Virus record (IMG/VR): IMGVR_UViG_3300025930_000003
Span: 1 to 55,630 of that record
Reading direction: 5' to 3' (one strand)
Length of the DNA stretch: 55,630 bases
Source: a virus
Taxonomy: Duplodnaviria > Caudoviricetes
A program made the translations under genes and the position numbers. Shown here piece after piece: positions 29,652 to 38,677 of the stretch. How positions within the stretch are numbered: position 1 is the first letter of the stretch; each line of letters starts with the position of its first letter. The notes beneath the pieces were generated by a model. It ran no database searches. It was not told the origin of the DNA and saw nothing but the letters and a program-made list of their open reading frames with translations.

Positions 29652-31531
29652 TTTGATTCCTCTCCAGGTTTAGCTCCTAAGTATTGTTCTACTTGCATTT
29701 TAATCTGATCTAGTTGCTGCAATTGCTGTGGATTGAGAGACTTAATATCTTCTGGTGAAGTAAAAGCCTGTAGAAGAGTAGAGAGTGATGCAACTAGTTG
29801 TTTTCCAACATCACCTTGTTCTAGAATTTTTGTATAGGTTTCTGCTTTATCTGGATAAGAAAGACGAACATATTCCTCTAGAAACTTAGGAGCAAGAGCA
29901 GTTGTCTGAATAACAGGCCAGTCAATCTGCATCTGTTGTATTTTATTCTTCCTTTCAATTACATCTACATCTCCTGCTGGCCTAATTTCATAAGTCTCTG
30001 CAATTACTTCATTATCATTTACTGATTCCATCTCACCAGATTCAATCATTTGCATTTCTACTCCCATTGGTCCAGGAACAGGAGTAGGAATCATTATGGG
30101 AACTTGCTTCTGAAGAAAAGGAATCTTTCCTTGAAGTGCTTGTGATTGGACAATAATCCAAGTAAAAGAAAAAATTGCTCTTAGATCTTCTGAGAAATCA
30201 GCTAAACCAACTGATTCGGTCTGTTGCTCTTCCTTTTCTGCAAGAGATAATTCTTTAGCAGTCTTTCTAGAATCTTTCCTATTAGAGACAGCAAAAGAAG
30301 TTTTTCCAGTAGACTGTGCATTCATCGTGGAAAGATACTGCATAGCTGTTAGAACAGAAACATCAGGATAATCTGTATGGAAGAAGTTAAGTGGTTTAGA
30401 ATATATTCCACCATGAGTAAGTTCTACATCAAGTTGTTTTATATCTGCTGATTCTCCATCATCTGTAGTTGGAGAAGCATATACATTAGCAGCCCTTAAT
30501 AGACCATTAACAAATCCTGATACAATAGCTGTATGTGCTTCTTGCATAGGAGCATCAAGAAAACCTCTACCTACATGATCCGTAATTGTCTCACATTCAT
30601 CATCCTTATATAGATATTGAAATGTAGGATAGAGGTCTACTTCTTTATCTACCCAGATTTTGGGTGGTGACATTCCTCCTTGTCCTGCAGCTATATCAAT
30701 TTGCTGTAGTTCACCACCCGGAGATTGTTGTTCTGCAATACCAATTTTAAGCTTCTCTGGTTCCTTTAACCAATTATCTACATTTGAGTCCCTTGAATAC
30801 CACTCTACATAAACACAATTATTAAATTTATGAAATACCTTATAAATAACTACAGTTTCATCTCTTTTTCGCCGCGCGGTATTTGTTTGAAAGATTTTAT
30901 CAACTTGGGCTGGGTCGAATCCTTTTGCTTTGAAAGATTGGAGTCTTAAAAGAGTAACGTCGTATTTTCGAATTAAGAACTCAGAATCTTGGATATCGGA
31001 ACATTTAATATTGTAGAAAAGTCTATCATGTCCGATATGCTCGAATCCTACATGGAGTGGTTTAGTCTCATCAAATACAACTTCAATAGAATCCCAACCA
31101 TGAAGTGAGGCACCATCTACCATCTTTTTGAATTGCTTATACCAACCTTGATAAGTAAGACCTTTTGTGAAAGCAATCTCAATATTATCTGTCTGAACTT
31201 CTGGATTAGAAACACAGTTGAATATCGCCAATCTATTAGATTGTTTCAGGAATGCCATGAATTCTGGCAATTCACGCATAATATTCGTGTCGATAACTCT
31301 ATTAGGAACAAAAGTTTCATCTTTCTGAATGTCTCCAGCTTGCCTAAGAGACTCAATATCTAGGTCTACATATCGCTCTTTTCTTCGTTTCTCTGTAGCA
31401 TCGCATTCAGCTCTCCAATCATCTATCATCTGATTAATACGAATCTTCGCTTTGGAGTAGTCAAATAGTTCATCATAATCAGGTGGATTAGATTCTGGAT
31501 TTACTATAGCTGGCTGGAGTGTTTCAGGCAT
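29648..31531 (-). CDS. Portal protein
   Basis: 627 aa, KTA-x-E motif, Q/P-rich C-terminus, downstream of TerL. Confidence 0.8.
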   Translation of the reverse strand: MPETLQPAIVNPESNPPDYDELFDYSKAKIRINQMIDDWRAECDATEKRRKERYVDLDIESLRQAGDIQKDETFVPNRVIDTNIMRELPEFMAFLKQSNRLAIFNCVSNPEVQTDNIEIAFTKGLTYQGWYKQFKKMVDGASLHGWDSIEVVFDETKPLHVGFEHIGHDRLFYNIKCSDIQDSEFLIRKYDVTLLRLQSFKAKGFDPAQVDKIFQTNTARRKRDETVVIYKVFHKFNNCVYVEWYSRDSNVDNWLKEPEKLKIGIAEQQSPGGELQQIDIAAGQGGMSPPKIWVDKEVDLYPTFQYLYKDDECETITDHVGRGFLDAPMQEAHTAIVSGFVNGLLRAANVYASPTTDDGESADIKQLDVELTHGGIYSKPLNFFHTDYPDVSVLTAMQYLSTMNAQSTGKTSFAVSNRKDSRKTAKELSLAEKEEQQTESVGLADFSEDLRAIFSFTWIIVQSQALQGKIPFLQKQVPIMIPTPVPGPMGVEMQMIESGEMESVNDNEVIAETYEIRPAGDVDVIERKNKIQQMQIDWPVIQTTALAPKFLEEYVRLSYPDKAETYTKILEQGDVGKQLVASLSTLLQAFTSPEDIKSLNPQQLQQLDQIKMQVEQYLGAKPGEESK

Positions 31532-31534
31532 AAA

Positions 31535-31702
31535 TTATCCTTTCACCTTCTTTAGGTTTGGGTTAGCTTTCTTAGCTTGTGGTGAGGCATTTCTAGTTTT
31601 AGAAGCAAGAATAGCTCCAGCTTCTTCTTTAGAATAACCTTCTTTTTCTATCTGTCCTTGAACAGCTTTGAATCCAGGATGTCGTTTAGTTTGAATGTTC
31701 AT
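31535..31702 (-). CDS. Small basic protein (55 aa, not in ORF track)
   Basis: MNIQTKRHPGFKAVQ...AGAILAS...ANPNLKKVKG; fills the gap with ATGA overlap. Confidence 0.65.
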   Translation of the reverse strand: MNIQTKRHPGFKAVQGQIEKEGYSKEEAGAILASKTRNASPQAKKANPNLKKVKG

Positions 31703-32292
31703 AGATTGAATGGTATAGATATTTCGTGTCCGCCGCGCACTACATATTGTTTTTCCACCACAAATTCAAATAATGTTTTCTCGATTCTTACATCTTCGAT
31801 ACAGTAGTCTATACATTCAGCTATACGATGTTGTTGGTATAGTTTAGGTGCGGTAGCTCCATCTAGTGTTTTCCTCATTCCTATTGTCTCATAAGCTACA
31901 TCATCTAACTTTGTTCCACCATGAGTTCTAGGATTGAATACATCTGGATTAAGTCCTTTAGATTTCCAGATTTCTCTCAAAATATCAAAGTCTTTTGATG
32001 TTCTATTTGGATGAATTTCAGGCTTAGGCCAAGTCGCATTTACCACTTTCCAATCAAATCCTACTGTATTATAGCCAACTACTAAATCATAATATTCTAA
32101 AATTGCAAGACAATCTACTTTAGAGGAATCATCAAATACTCGATAACGGCCTGTAGAATAATCATAGAGGCAAAGACAGCTTATACCCATCTCATCATGT
32201 GATTGCCAACCTTTTGAAAGAGACTCTATTGTTCTCTTAATCTCAAGATCAAAGACCGCAATCTTTTTACCAGCTAGTTCTTCTTTTTTCAT
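31699..32292 (-). CDS. DEDD/RNase H-like exonuclease (YprB-like)
   Basis: FDLEI, VGYN-x-x-x-FD, LD-x-VA, YC-x-x-DV. Confidence 0.8.
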   Translation of the reverse strand: MKKEELAGKKIAVFDLEIKRTIESLSKGWQSHDEMGISCLCLYDYSTGRYRVFDDSSKVDCLAILEYYDLVVGYNTVGFDWKVVNATWPKPEIHPNRTSKDFDILREIWKSKGLNPDVFNPRTHGGTKLDDVAYETIGMRKTLDGATAPKLYQQHRIAECIDYCIEDVRIEKTLFEFVVEKQYVVRGGHEISIPFNL

Positions 32293-32533
32293 ATAGGTCT
32301 TTCTGAATTTCTAATTGAAACCAAAACATTCTAACACCAAAAACATATATTCCTATCAAGCGGCTTGGCTTATGTATTCCAAATGGATATTGATGAAGCG
32401 GATGGAAAGTAAATAAAATTTCAAGTTTCTTTAAAGAAATCTTAAAAAGTAAATAACAAAGTCTCGTCTCTAGTTTATTTTTCTTTCCATCCCATCTGGC
32501 GTAAGATAAATCGTATGGATCAATTAAGTTCAT
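32267..32533 (-). CDS. Hypothetical protein
   Basis: Coupled to TerL stop. Confidence 0.5.
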   Translation of the reverse strand: MNLIDPYDLSYARWDGKKNKLETRLCYLLFKISLKKLEILFTFHPLHQYPFGIHKPSRLIGIYVFGVRMFWFQLEIQKDLYEKRRTSW

Positions 32534-34245
32534 TGGTTCCTCATTATAGCGTTTAATGACATATGTGCTCTATTTCTTTTTCTGTGCATTTTTAAAACTT
32601 GACCATTCCAAACAAAAGCTTCTTCTATTTCTTCAGCAGTCATTTTCTTAGAATCATGTTTAGTATCCTTTATCTCTTCTGTAATGAAAGCATCTAGAAG
32701 ATCAGTAACCTTTATATTGGAAAAGGCTAAAACAGCTGCATCAGCTCTATCAGGTGAAGGCAATCCCTCAGAAAGCATTTCTGGCTTACTCTGCAAACAT
32801 AGTTTATCTATTCCAGCAATAGAATCTTTATATTTCCTAGATGCAAGTTGTGAATAAAGTTTCTCATCATCCAGTAGAATTATTACTCCCTCTTCAACAA
32901 GTCTATTAAACTTAGCCCAAATCTCTGCTCCGCGATTACGATATTGCTTTTTGTTCTTAGGCGCAGACTGGTTTAAAACTCGATTGATAGACCATCCTTT
33001 ACGCCTTAAAATATCAATTACTGCGCGGCCAACTCCACCGTCATCTGCATAAATATAGTCATTTACTTTAGGAACTTTTTGTTCTTCGAAAGATTTCTCT
33101 ATAAAATCTGCTAGCAAAGTAGCATCTTTGATGCGGCAAGTAATCTGCTTTGTTTGTCTGTTACCAATAAAGTAACTTATGCAAGTTTCATCTCCATTAG
33201 TAGACAAAGCTATATCAAGACCAATTCTAGGTTGAGTTCCAAACTCTTTAACCAGTTTCAGACGAATCTTAGTGCGAAGCTTTGCTAATCTTTCTGATCC
33301 AATTACATATTTACCGTCGATAAAAGTAAATAAAGCAAGCCACTTAGATCTAAAATAAGGTGAATACTCACCAAGTTCTTTTAAGTCAGCATCAAATTCC
33401 TCACGTGATTGATGTGGACAATCGAAGAAAGTAACTCTCCTCTTATAAGGCCAATCGTTGAAAGCATTATGAAAATCCCCTAAAGGAGCACCAGGAGTGG
33501 AAACATAGATTAAATAGTTGAATCCAGTGCATCGCTTTAAAGCTCTGAAGATTTCTGGTGCGACAGATTTAGCTTCATTTACTATAATGGCCATTTCCGC
33601 GTTAGGCTCTAATGGGTGATAGCCTTCTGCTTTACCCTCTTCGTCAGTTGCAAATAAGATAATTTCTGATCCAGAAAGGTGACATACTATATGTCTTTTA
33701 TTTACTTTGAGAATAGGAGCACCTAGATTCTGTATGGCCCAGTTGTTTATTTTTTCGCAAAGTCCGCTTATGTATGCTTCTGTTTGATTTGTTAATTGAA
33801 CGCCAGAAGAGGAAGTAATAATCATTCTGCTTCTACGTTTCGTTGTAATAAACCAGACAGCAAAAGGTGCGATTACAAAAGCATCTTTTCCAGATCCATT
33901 TGCGGCACATAGACAATATTTGTATGGATGTTTTGAAGAGCATTTAGCTCTAGAAAGCTGCTCTCCAGTCTCTATCTGCCAAGGATGAAGAGTATCAATT
34001 CCTTCGTTAATATTTTTATCAAAGAAAGCCAAGAGTTCTATACAAGTCTCGAATCCATTTAAAGTAGTCCAATCCTCTTGTATTTTAGTTGGAGCCTCAT
34101 CATTGAAATATTCAGGCTTTGGAGTATTTTCTGTCGCGGCCGACTCTTTAATAGGTTCAGCTTTAGAAAAGAACTTTTCAGTAGAGTCTATAATCTTAGA
34201 AGAAGATTTAGATTCTACAAAGAAATCTGGATTATCCAATAACAT
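32530..34245 (-). CDS. terL: Terminase large subunit
   Basis: HPWQ, Walker A AANGSGKD, IIVNEA, STP, nuclease GLDIA/DDGGVG/SPDRADA. Confidence 0.9.
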   Translation of the reverse strand: MLLDNPDFFVESKSSSKIIDSTEKFFSKAEPIKESAATENTPKPEYFNDEAPTKIQEDWTTLNGFETCIELLAFFDKNINEGIDTLHPWQIETGEQLSRAKCSSKHPYKYCLCAANGSGKDAFVIAPFAVWFITTKRRSRMIITSSSGVQLTNQTEAYISGLCEKINNWAIQNLGAPILKVNKRHIVCHLSGSEIILFATDEEGKAEGYHPLEPNAEMAIIVNEAKSVAPEIFRALKRCTGFNYLIYVSTPGAPLGDFHNAFNDWPYKRRVTFFDCPHQSREEFDADLKELGEYSPYFRSKWLALFTFIDGKYVIGSERLAKLRTKIRLKLVKEFGTQPRIGLDIALSTNGDETCISYFIGNRQTKQITCRIKDATLLADFIEKSFEEQKVPKVNDYIYADDGGVGRAVIDILRRKGWSINRVLNQSAPKNKKQYRNRGAEIWAKFNRLVEEGVIILLDDEKLYSQLASRKYKDSIAGIDKLCLQSKPEMLSEGLPSPDRADAAVLAFSNIKVTDLLDAFITEEIKDTKHDSKKMTAEEIEEAFVWNGQVLKMHRKRNRAHMSLNAIMRNQ

Positions 34246-34516
34246 ATTCTTTTATTACCTCACCAGCCTGAAGAGGAAATATTGCAGGGCCAACAGGTAA
34301 ATCTAATATTCTAAAATCTAATCTTTTAAAAAGAATAGGAACTATATTTCTCTTATTATGTAATACTCCAAATTTAAATTCCATTTCCCATTCAGCATTT
34401 ATCCAATCAGGATTAACAGTAGCTTTCCATATCCTAGAATATGTAGTGCTAGGAGGTAGAATGGTAAATAATCCAATACCTTTTACTAAAGAAGATAGGA
34501 AGTTTCTTCTATTCAT
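34232..34516 (-). CDS. Small Tat-signal protein with capsid-like segments
   Basis: MNRRNFL; GVLHNKRNIVPILFKR resembles the capsid C-terminus. Confidence 0.55.
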   Translation of the reverse strand: MNRRNFLSSLVKGIGLFTILPPSTTYSRIWKATVNPDWINAEWEMEFKFGVLHNKRNIVPILFKRLDFRILDLPVGPAIFPLQAGEVIKEYVIG

Positions 34517-34791
34517 AGCTTTCTTAAACATCTCCCACCATTTATATCTTCAACTATAGTAACACCAGGAACAAAGGTTAGAGCTTCTGCAATATTGTCA
34601 CCTTGCTGTGTAGTTACTTGAACAATACAACCAACACCATCTATTTCGTATGCCTTACAGGACTTCATCCAACCTTGTTCTTTAGAAGAAGCTTTACAAA
34701 GAAGTCTAAAGCTATCTCCATTTCCAACAATCTTTACGTCTGAAACATTTTTCTTAACATCTTCTACTGAAGTATTATCTAGTGTTTTCAT
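34513..34791 (-). CDS. Hypothetical phage protein
   Basis: Globular-looking ORF; start placed at ATG 34791. Confidence 0.7.
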   Translation of the reverse strand: MKTLDNTSVEDVKKNVSDVKIVGNGDSFRLLCKASSKEQGWMKSCKAYEIDGVGCIVQVTTQQGDNIAEALTFVPGVTIVEDINGGRCLRKL

Positions 34792-35074
34792 AATAACTTT
34801 ACATGGAGTGTGCGGATTATACAAGTATTTAAGTAAGTTCTCGAGCGAAAGTATCTACCAGTTCTAAGTCTAGAACAACTAGACGGGTTGATTTAAGATA
34901 TATAATACTAGATTGGAGCAACGAGTAACGGAGTAAAACCAACCTAACATTATAATCTATGTGTATGAGAATTCAACTTGTCAAACTGGTAGAAATTAAT
35001 GATTCCTACTAAGTCACCGCGAGGTTACAGGAATCATCTAACAAACCAATAACCTTTGTCGCTATTAGTAGGAA

Positions 35075-35473
35075 TCAAGGTATTCGTAATTTAAAAAATC
35101 CAACATCGTAAAAATTGCTTAGGGTTCCAGAAAATTGAAGGGCTATGATTCTTAGATTCTTAGGCGGCTCAGGAACTTCCACTAAGAGTAGATTTGATAG
35201 ATCAGATTCTATTCCATCTTTCATAGCAGTTACACCAAATTGCCATTGATCCGGGATTATTCCTGAAACAAAGCCAGTAAGATTTGTTCCAGCATTTAGT
35301 CTAATAGTTGAACTGTTTGTCCTTGTAACATTATTTAATACGTTGGTGCTAAAATAGAGAACATAGTTTGTTACTCCTGGAGTAGGAGAACTATTCCAAG
35401 AAATTTGAAATTCTGCCGCAGAAACATTTAAAGTTAGTGCGGCTAAACTAAGTAGTAGTTTTAGGTATTTCAT
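35075..35473 (-). CDS. Secreted fibronectin type III domain protein
   Basis: Signal peptide, ISWN..., Y-x-LY, F-x-VTA...ESD-x-SN. Confidence 0.75.
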   Translation of the reverse strand: MKYLKLLLSLAALTLNVSAAEFQISWNSSPTPGVTNYVLYFSTNVLNNVTRTNSSTIRLNAGTNLTGFVSGIIPDQWQFGVTAMKDGIESDLSNLLLVEVPEPPKNLRIIALQFSGTLSNFYDVGFFKLRIP

Positions 35474-35987
35474 CTTCTTTCTTTTCCCATTTCATCTCTT
35501 TGGCTGTATTCTGTAAAATTCTCATAAGTTGAGATTGCATAGCAAATCGACCTTGATTAAAGGAGATAGATTTCCAAATATCTCCACCATTAGCCATTCT
35601 TTCTGTAGCAGCTTTCCAATCCATAAGCATCTCTAGAATATCAAAGAGAGACATATCTTCTATTCCATTTTTCCAATATTCTGGATGGTGGGAATTGCAA
35701 GCATAATGATGTTCTAAAGTAGGCTGCATTTCCTTTAGACAAGCAAGATATTCTGGAGATCCATAAGTTAGGTTCTTTAGTTTAGGAACACAAGCATCGA
35801 ATCCTTCTTTCTCTGGAGATTCTAGCTTTGACTTGTCGTGAATCCAGGCTCTGTTCATTAGATTTACGCGACAAAGCTCTAAGAGTTCAGATACTCTATT
35901 TATATGATCTATTGTATCTTGCCTGCTATCATATACCGCGCTCTTTTCTTTTACTGGGACTTGAGAAGGATAAGGCTTTAGTGACAT
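35448..35987 (-). CDS. DUF5662-like HD-domain protein
   Basis: HD-x-SK, HHY-x-x-N-x-HHPE, EM-x-x-DW-x-AA. Confidence 0.75.
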   Translation of the reverse strand: MSLKPYPSQVPVKEKSAVYDSRQDTIDHINRVSELLELCRVNLMNRAWIHDKSKLESPEKEGFDACVPKLKNLTYGSPEYLACLKEMQPTLEHHYACNSHHPEYWKNGIEDMSLFDILEMLMDWKAATERMANGGDIWKSISFNQGRFAMQSQLMRILQNTAKEMKWEKKEDEIPKTTT

Positions 35988-36028
35988 ATAGCGAATGAGT
36001 TAAATGGTAGCGCGGGGAGTTTGGTAGC

Positions 36029-36199
36029 TTATTTACCAATCAGTTCTCTCTCACGAAGTAGATTTAATTCTTGAACTAAATTATCAATTCTTTTCTTTAG
36101 TTTCTCATTCTCTTCGATTAAATCTAGCTCTTTCTTAGTGGTCGCTTTTGTGAACTGAGAGAGTTCTAGAAAGAGTCTATCTATTGTTTCTGTATCCAT
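36029..36199 (-). CDS. Small coiled-coil protein (56 aa, not in ORF track)
   Basis: MDTETIDRLFLELSQFTKA... Confidence 0.55.
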   Translation of the reverse strand: MDTETIDRLFLELSQFTKATTKKELDLIEENEKLKKRIDNLVQELNLLRERELIGK

Positions 36200-36422
36200 A
36201 ATTTTCTAATTCAACAAACCACAGATTATTCTCTAGGTTACGAACTTTTGTTCTTTAGGTATCGAATTAGTAATTGATAAGGCCCAGGTATGTTTGTAAC
36301 AATATAATTAGTAGGCCATTGATTTTTCATCACCTGCCTTTCAAAAAGTATTATTCCGAAGGGTGTTCTTATTGTGTCTAATAATAGCCTCATCTCTCGC
36401 TCCGCTCGTCCCGATGAGCGGT

Positions 36423-36854
36423 TTAGTCAGCTAAATGTTCAATCTCAGCAGGAATATCTATTACTTTAGATTTCCCTTTCTCAATGGCCTTTTTCATATT
36501 CACAAGCTGGTCATTTAGTAAGGTAACATTGACATTTAGATTCTTTACATGTTGAAGATCATGTCGTCCTTTGTTCTCGTTTATGACAAATTTAGCCGCG
36601 CGGAATGCTACGTTTTCGTTTTCAGCAAACACAAGAGAAGTAATTCTCTGCTTTGCCATCTCAAATTCATCTTGTGTGAAAAGAGAAGGATTTTTCTTAA
36701 CTTCGTTTCTGAATTTAACTGAGGAACCCATTAGAACCATTTTAACAGAATGTTCGTCAACAGAAAGAGCCTCAGCAATCTGATCTGGTTGCATATCAGA
36801 TTTGTCGTATAGCTCTTTGATCTGGACGTTTAACATTTCAGGAAGCGGATTCAT
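36423..36854 (-). CDS. Putative terminase small subunit
   Basis: N-terminal HTH (PDQIAEAL), AAKF helix, C-terminal NVNV strand; near the start of the late arm. Confidence 0.55.
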   Translation of the reverse strand: MNPLPEMLNVQIKELYDKSDMQPDQIAEALSVDEHSVKMVLMGSSVKFRNEVKKNPSLFTQDEFEMAKQRITSLVFAENENVAFRAAKFVINENKGRHDLQHVKNLNVNVTLLNDQLVNMKKAIEKGKSKVIDIPAEIEHLAD

Positions 36855-36877
36855 TTGTTTATTTAAATAGGAACCGC

Positions 36878-37003
36878 TTAATTTTCTTTTATGGTTGGCG
36901 CTACTTTAGTTTCTTCGTCTGATAGAAGTTGATTTAGTTTAGCACGCTTTAATATTTCTAAAGCAGCTTCCGAAAGTTTCTCTGATAAATCAAACATTTT
37001 CAT
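36878..37003 (-). CDS. 41-aa ORF, probably leaderless
   Basis: ATG falls at the predicted +1 of the promoter at 37014-37029. Confidence 0.45.
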   Translation of the reverse strand: MKMFDLSEKLSEAALEILKRAKLNQLLSDEETKVAPTIKEN

Positions 37004-37013
37004 GTTTTACTAG

Positions 37014-37029
37014 AGCAATTTCTATGCCA
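37014..37029 (-). promoter_or_regulatory. Sigma54-type promoter for the late arm
   Basis: Minus strand TGGCATAGAAATTGCT. Confidence 0.8.
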
Positions 37030-37116
37030 AAATATTGAAAGAGTTTAGTATTTGGTTCTAATTATATTGGAGGGTCATTTTGTTTTATAAAATTTATGAG
37101 ATAATCAGGGGCCCCA

Positions 37117-37154
37117 ATTTCGGTCATTTCGGACACGACAGAAATGACTGAAAT
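37117..37154. repeat. 14-bp inverted repeat with 10-nt spacer
   Basis: ATTTCGGTCATTTC / GAAATGACTGAAAT (13 of 14 match). Confidence 0.75.
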
Positions 37155-37158
37155 CTCT

Positions 37159-37352
37159 GTAAGTCGTTGTTCATTAAGGAGTTACGTTGTTGACTAAAAG
37201 GTCAAATTGATTTCTCTTCTGTAAAGCCTTGGTAATGAAGGACTTGTAACTTAGTAAGTGTTTGCTCACTCGCATCTGTCACTCAAATGTATTGCAAATG
37301 CACGATTCCCGATATATTCCTGAAAGTATATCGTTGATTACCAACATGTTAC
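37159..37352. promoter_or_regulatory. Three 27-bp imperfect palindromes GTAA-N4-TTG-N5-CAA-N4-TTAC (IHF-like halves)
   Basis: Copies at 37159-37185, 37221-37247, 37326-37352; half site near 37254. Confidence 0.55.
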
Positions 37353-37356
37353 AGCT

Positions 37357-37372
37357 TGGCATCCCTGGTGCT
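37357..37372 (+). promoter_or_regulatory. Sigma54-type promoter for the first plus-arm gene
   Basis: TGGCATCCCTGGTGCT (GG-N10-GC). Confidence 0.65.
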
Positions 37373-37551
37373 ATATAGGAGTTAGTTCTTTGAAATGCGG
37401 GTTGCGCGAGGTGGCTTTCCACTGGATTGCCTAATCGTGAAATGGGTTGTAGTTTAGGGATGATTTCCCTTGTGCCGTAGTGTGCCTTGTTATAATCAGA
37501 CTCGCTTGTCTGAGCAAGATACTGGCATCGGGGGATATTAGGAGTAAAGTT

Positions 37552-37992
37552 ATGTCAAATACTACAACCGCAGAAGTTGTGAAAGCAGCCGTCAAAGTTG
37601 GCTGGTTTGCTGGTGCATTGTCGGGTTTTCAACGTGTCGTTTTCCGCGATTTGTGTTATGCGGGATTCGATAAGCAGATTGCCCACAAGGTATCAATGGA
37701 CTACGGCAGTCAGCTTGGCAGCGCGATGCGGAATGATGACAACATCAAAACCGCAGTTGGCAAAGCCACAAAAGCTGGTTTGGCCAAAATGTCCGGCGCT
37801 TTTCATGACAAGCTCATCATGCACAATAGCATGGCAGTTTATCGCGTGGTGCAAACCATTAGCGACCTTTATCAAAAGGAAAAACTGTTGAAATCGTACG
37901 AGATCAATCTGGACACCCTGTCTGACAGGTTGCAGGATTATCTCAGCGAGTGCAAAGTGTGGGCATCGGAACAAACTTGGGAAACCAAGTAA
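37552..37992 (+). CDS. First early gene, GC-rich, unknown function
   Basis: AGGAG at 37540 before ATG 37552; own promoter and terminator. Confidence 0.75.
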   Translation: MSNTTTAEVVKAAVKVGWFAGALSGFQRVVFRDLCYAGFDKQIAHKVSMDYGSQLGSAMRNDDNIKTAVGKATKAGLAKMSGAFHDKLIMHNSMAVYRVVQTISDLYQKEKLLKSYEINLDTLSDRLQDYLSECKVWASEQTWETK

Positions 37993-37998
37993 CCCGCC

Positions 37999-38036
37999 AG
38001 TGTGTAGAGATACCCTGTCTCTACACACTCCTTTTT
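37999..38036 (+). terminator. Intrinsic terminator
   Basis: 12-bp stem AGTGTGTAGAGA/TCTCTACACACT plus CCTTTTT. Confidence 0.8.
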
Positions 38037-38345
38037 CAGTCCGTTATTTGAAATCTTATCAATCTGACTTTAGACTCTAAAGAACGAGAGATAAACCTAT
38101 AAAAAGAGCTTAACATATTCCGCACAAGCTAATAGAAAAGATAGCCCACAAGAGTATCAAATCTAGTGCAAAGGAAATGCCTCAAGCGATTATCCCTTAT
38201 AATTAGGAGTATCGCACATAAGAGATTAGGATAGCAACCTAGAATAAATACCAAGAGAATTGCAAAGGATGAAAGGAAAATAAAGTAATCCTGAGCGAAT
38301 CTCTCTTTCAGATATGAAACATTCATGTTTGAATAAGGAGATTCA

Positions 38346-38651
38346 ATGCCATACATAAAATGCGCTAATAAAAAGTGTGATAATCATGCACAACATAAAG
38401 GATTGTGCACTCCATGTTTTAGAGAATCCCAGAATATTAACATTCCAGTCTCTAAACATGAACAGACAAGAAGAGAAAATGCTCGTCTAATGAAGTTCTG
38501 GGATGCGAACAAGAAAGCACCACAATTTGAGCAGATTTCAAAGAGAGCTAGCAAGAAAGGAATAAGCGGATTCCACAAGGGACTATATATGTCTCAAAGA
38601 GGAATAAGCAAGTTTGGTGATCTCCAACAAGATGTGCCTTTTCCTGAATAA
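38346..38651 (+). CDS. Zinc-finger-like early protein
   Basis: C-x4-C...C-x-x-C; AAGGAG RBS. Confidence 0.65.
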   Translation: MPYIKCANKKCDNHAQHKGLCTPCFRESQNINIPVSKHEQTRRENARLMKFWDANKKAPQFEQISKRASKKGISGFHKGLYMSQRGISKFGDLQQDVPFPE

Positions 38652-38661
38652 TTAAAAAGAA

Positions 38662-38677
38662 TGGCATAAAAAATGCT
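38662..38677 (+). promoter_or_regulatory. Sigma54-type promoter
   Basis: TGGCATAAAAAATGCT, intergenic just after a stop codon. Confidence 0.65.

Noticed and set aside
36005-36020. tRNA gene or attP (minus strand ends CCCCGCGCTACCA)
   Set aside because: No T-loop or cloverleaf upstream and no integrase in the genome
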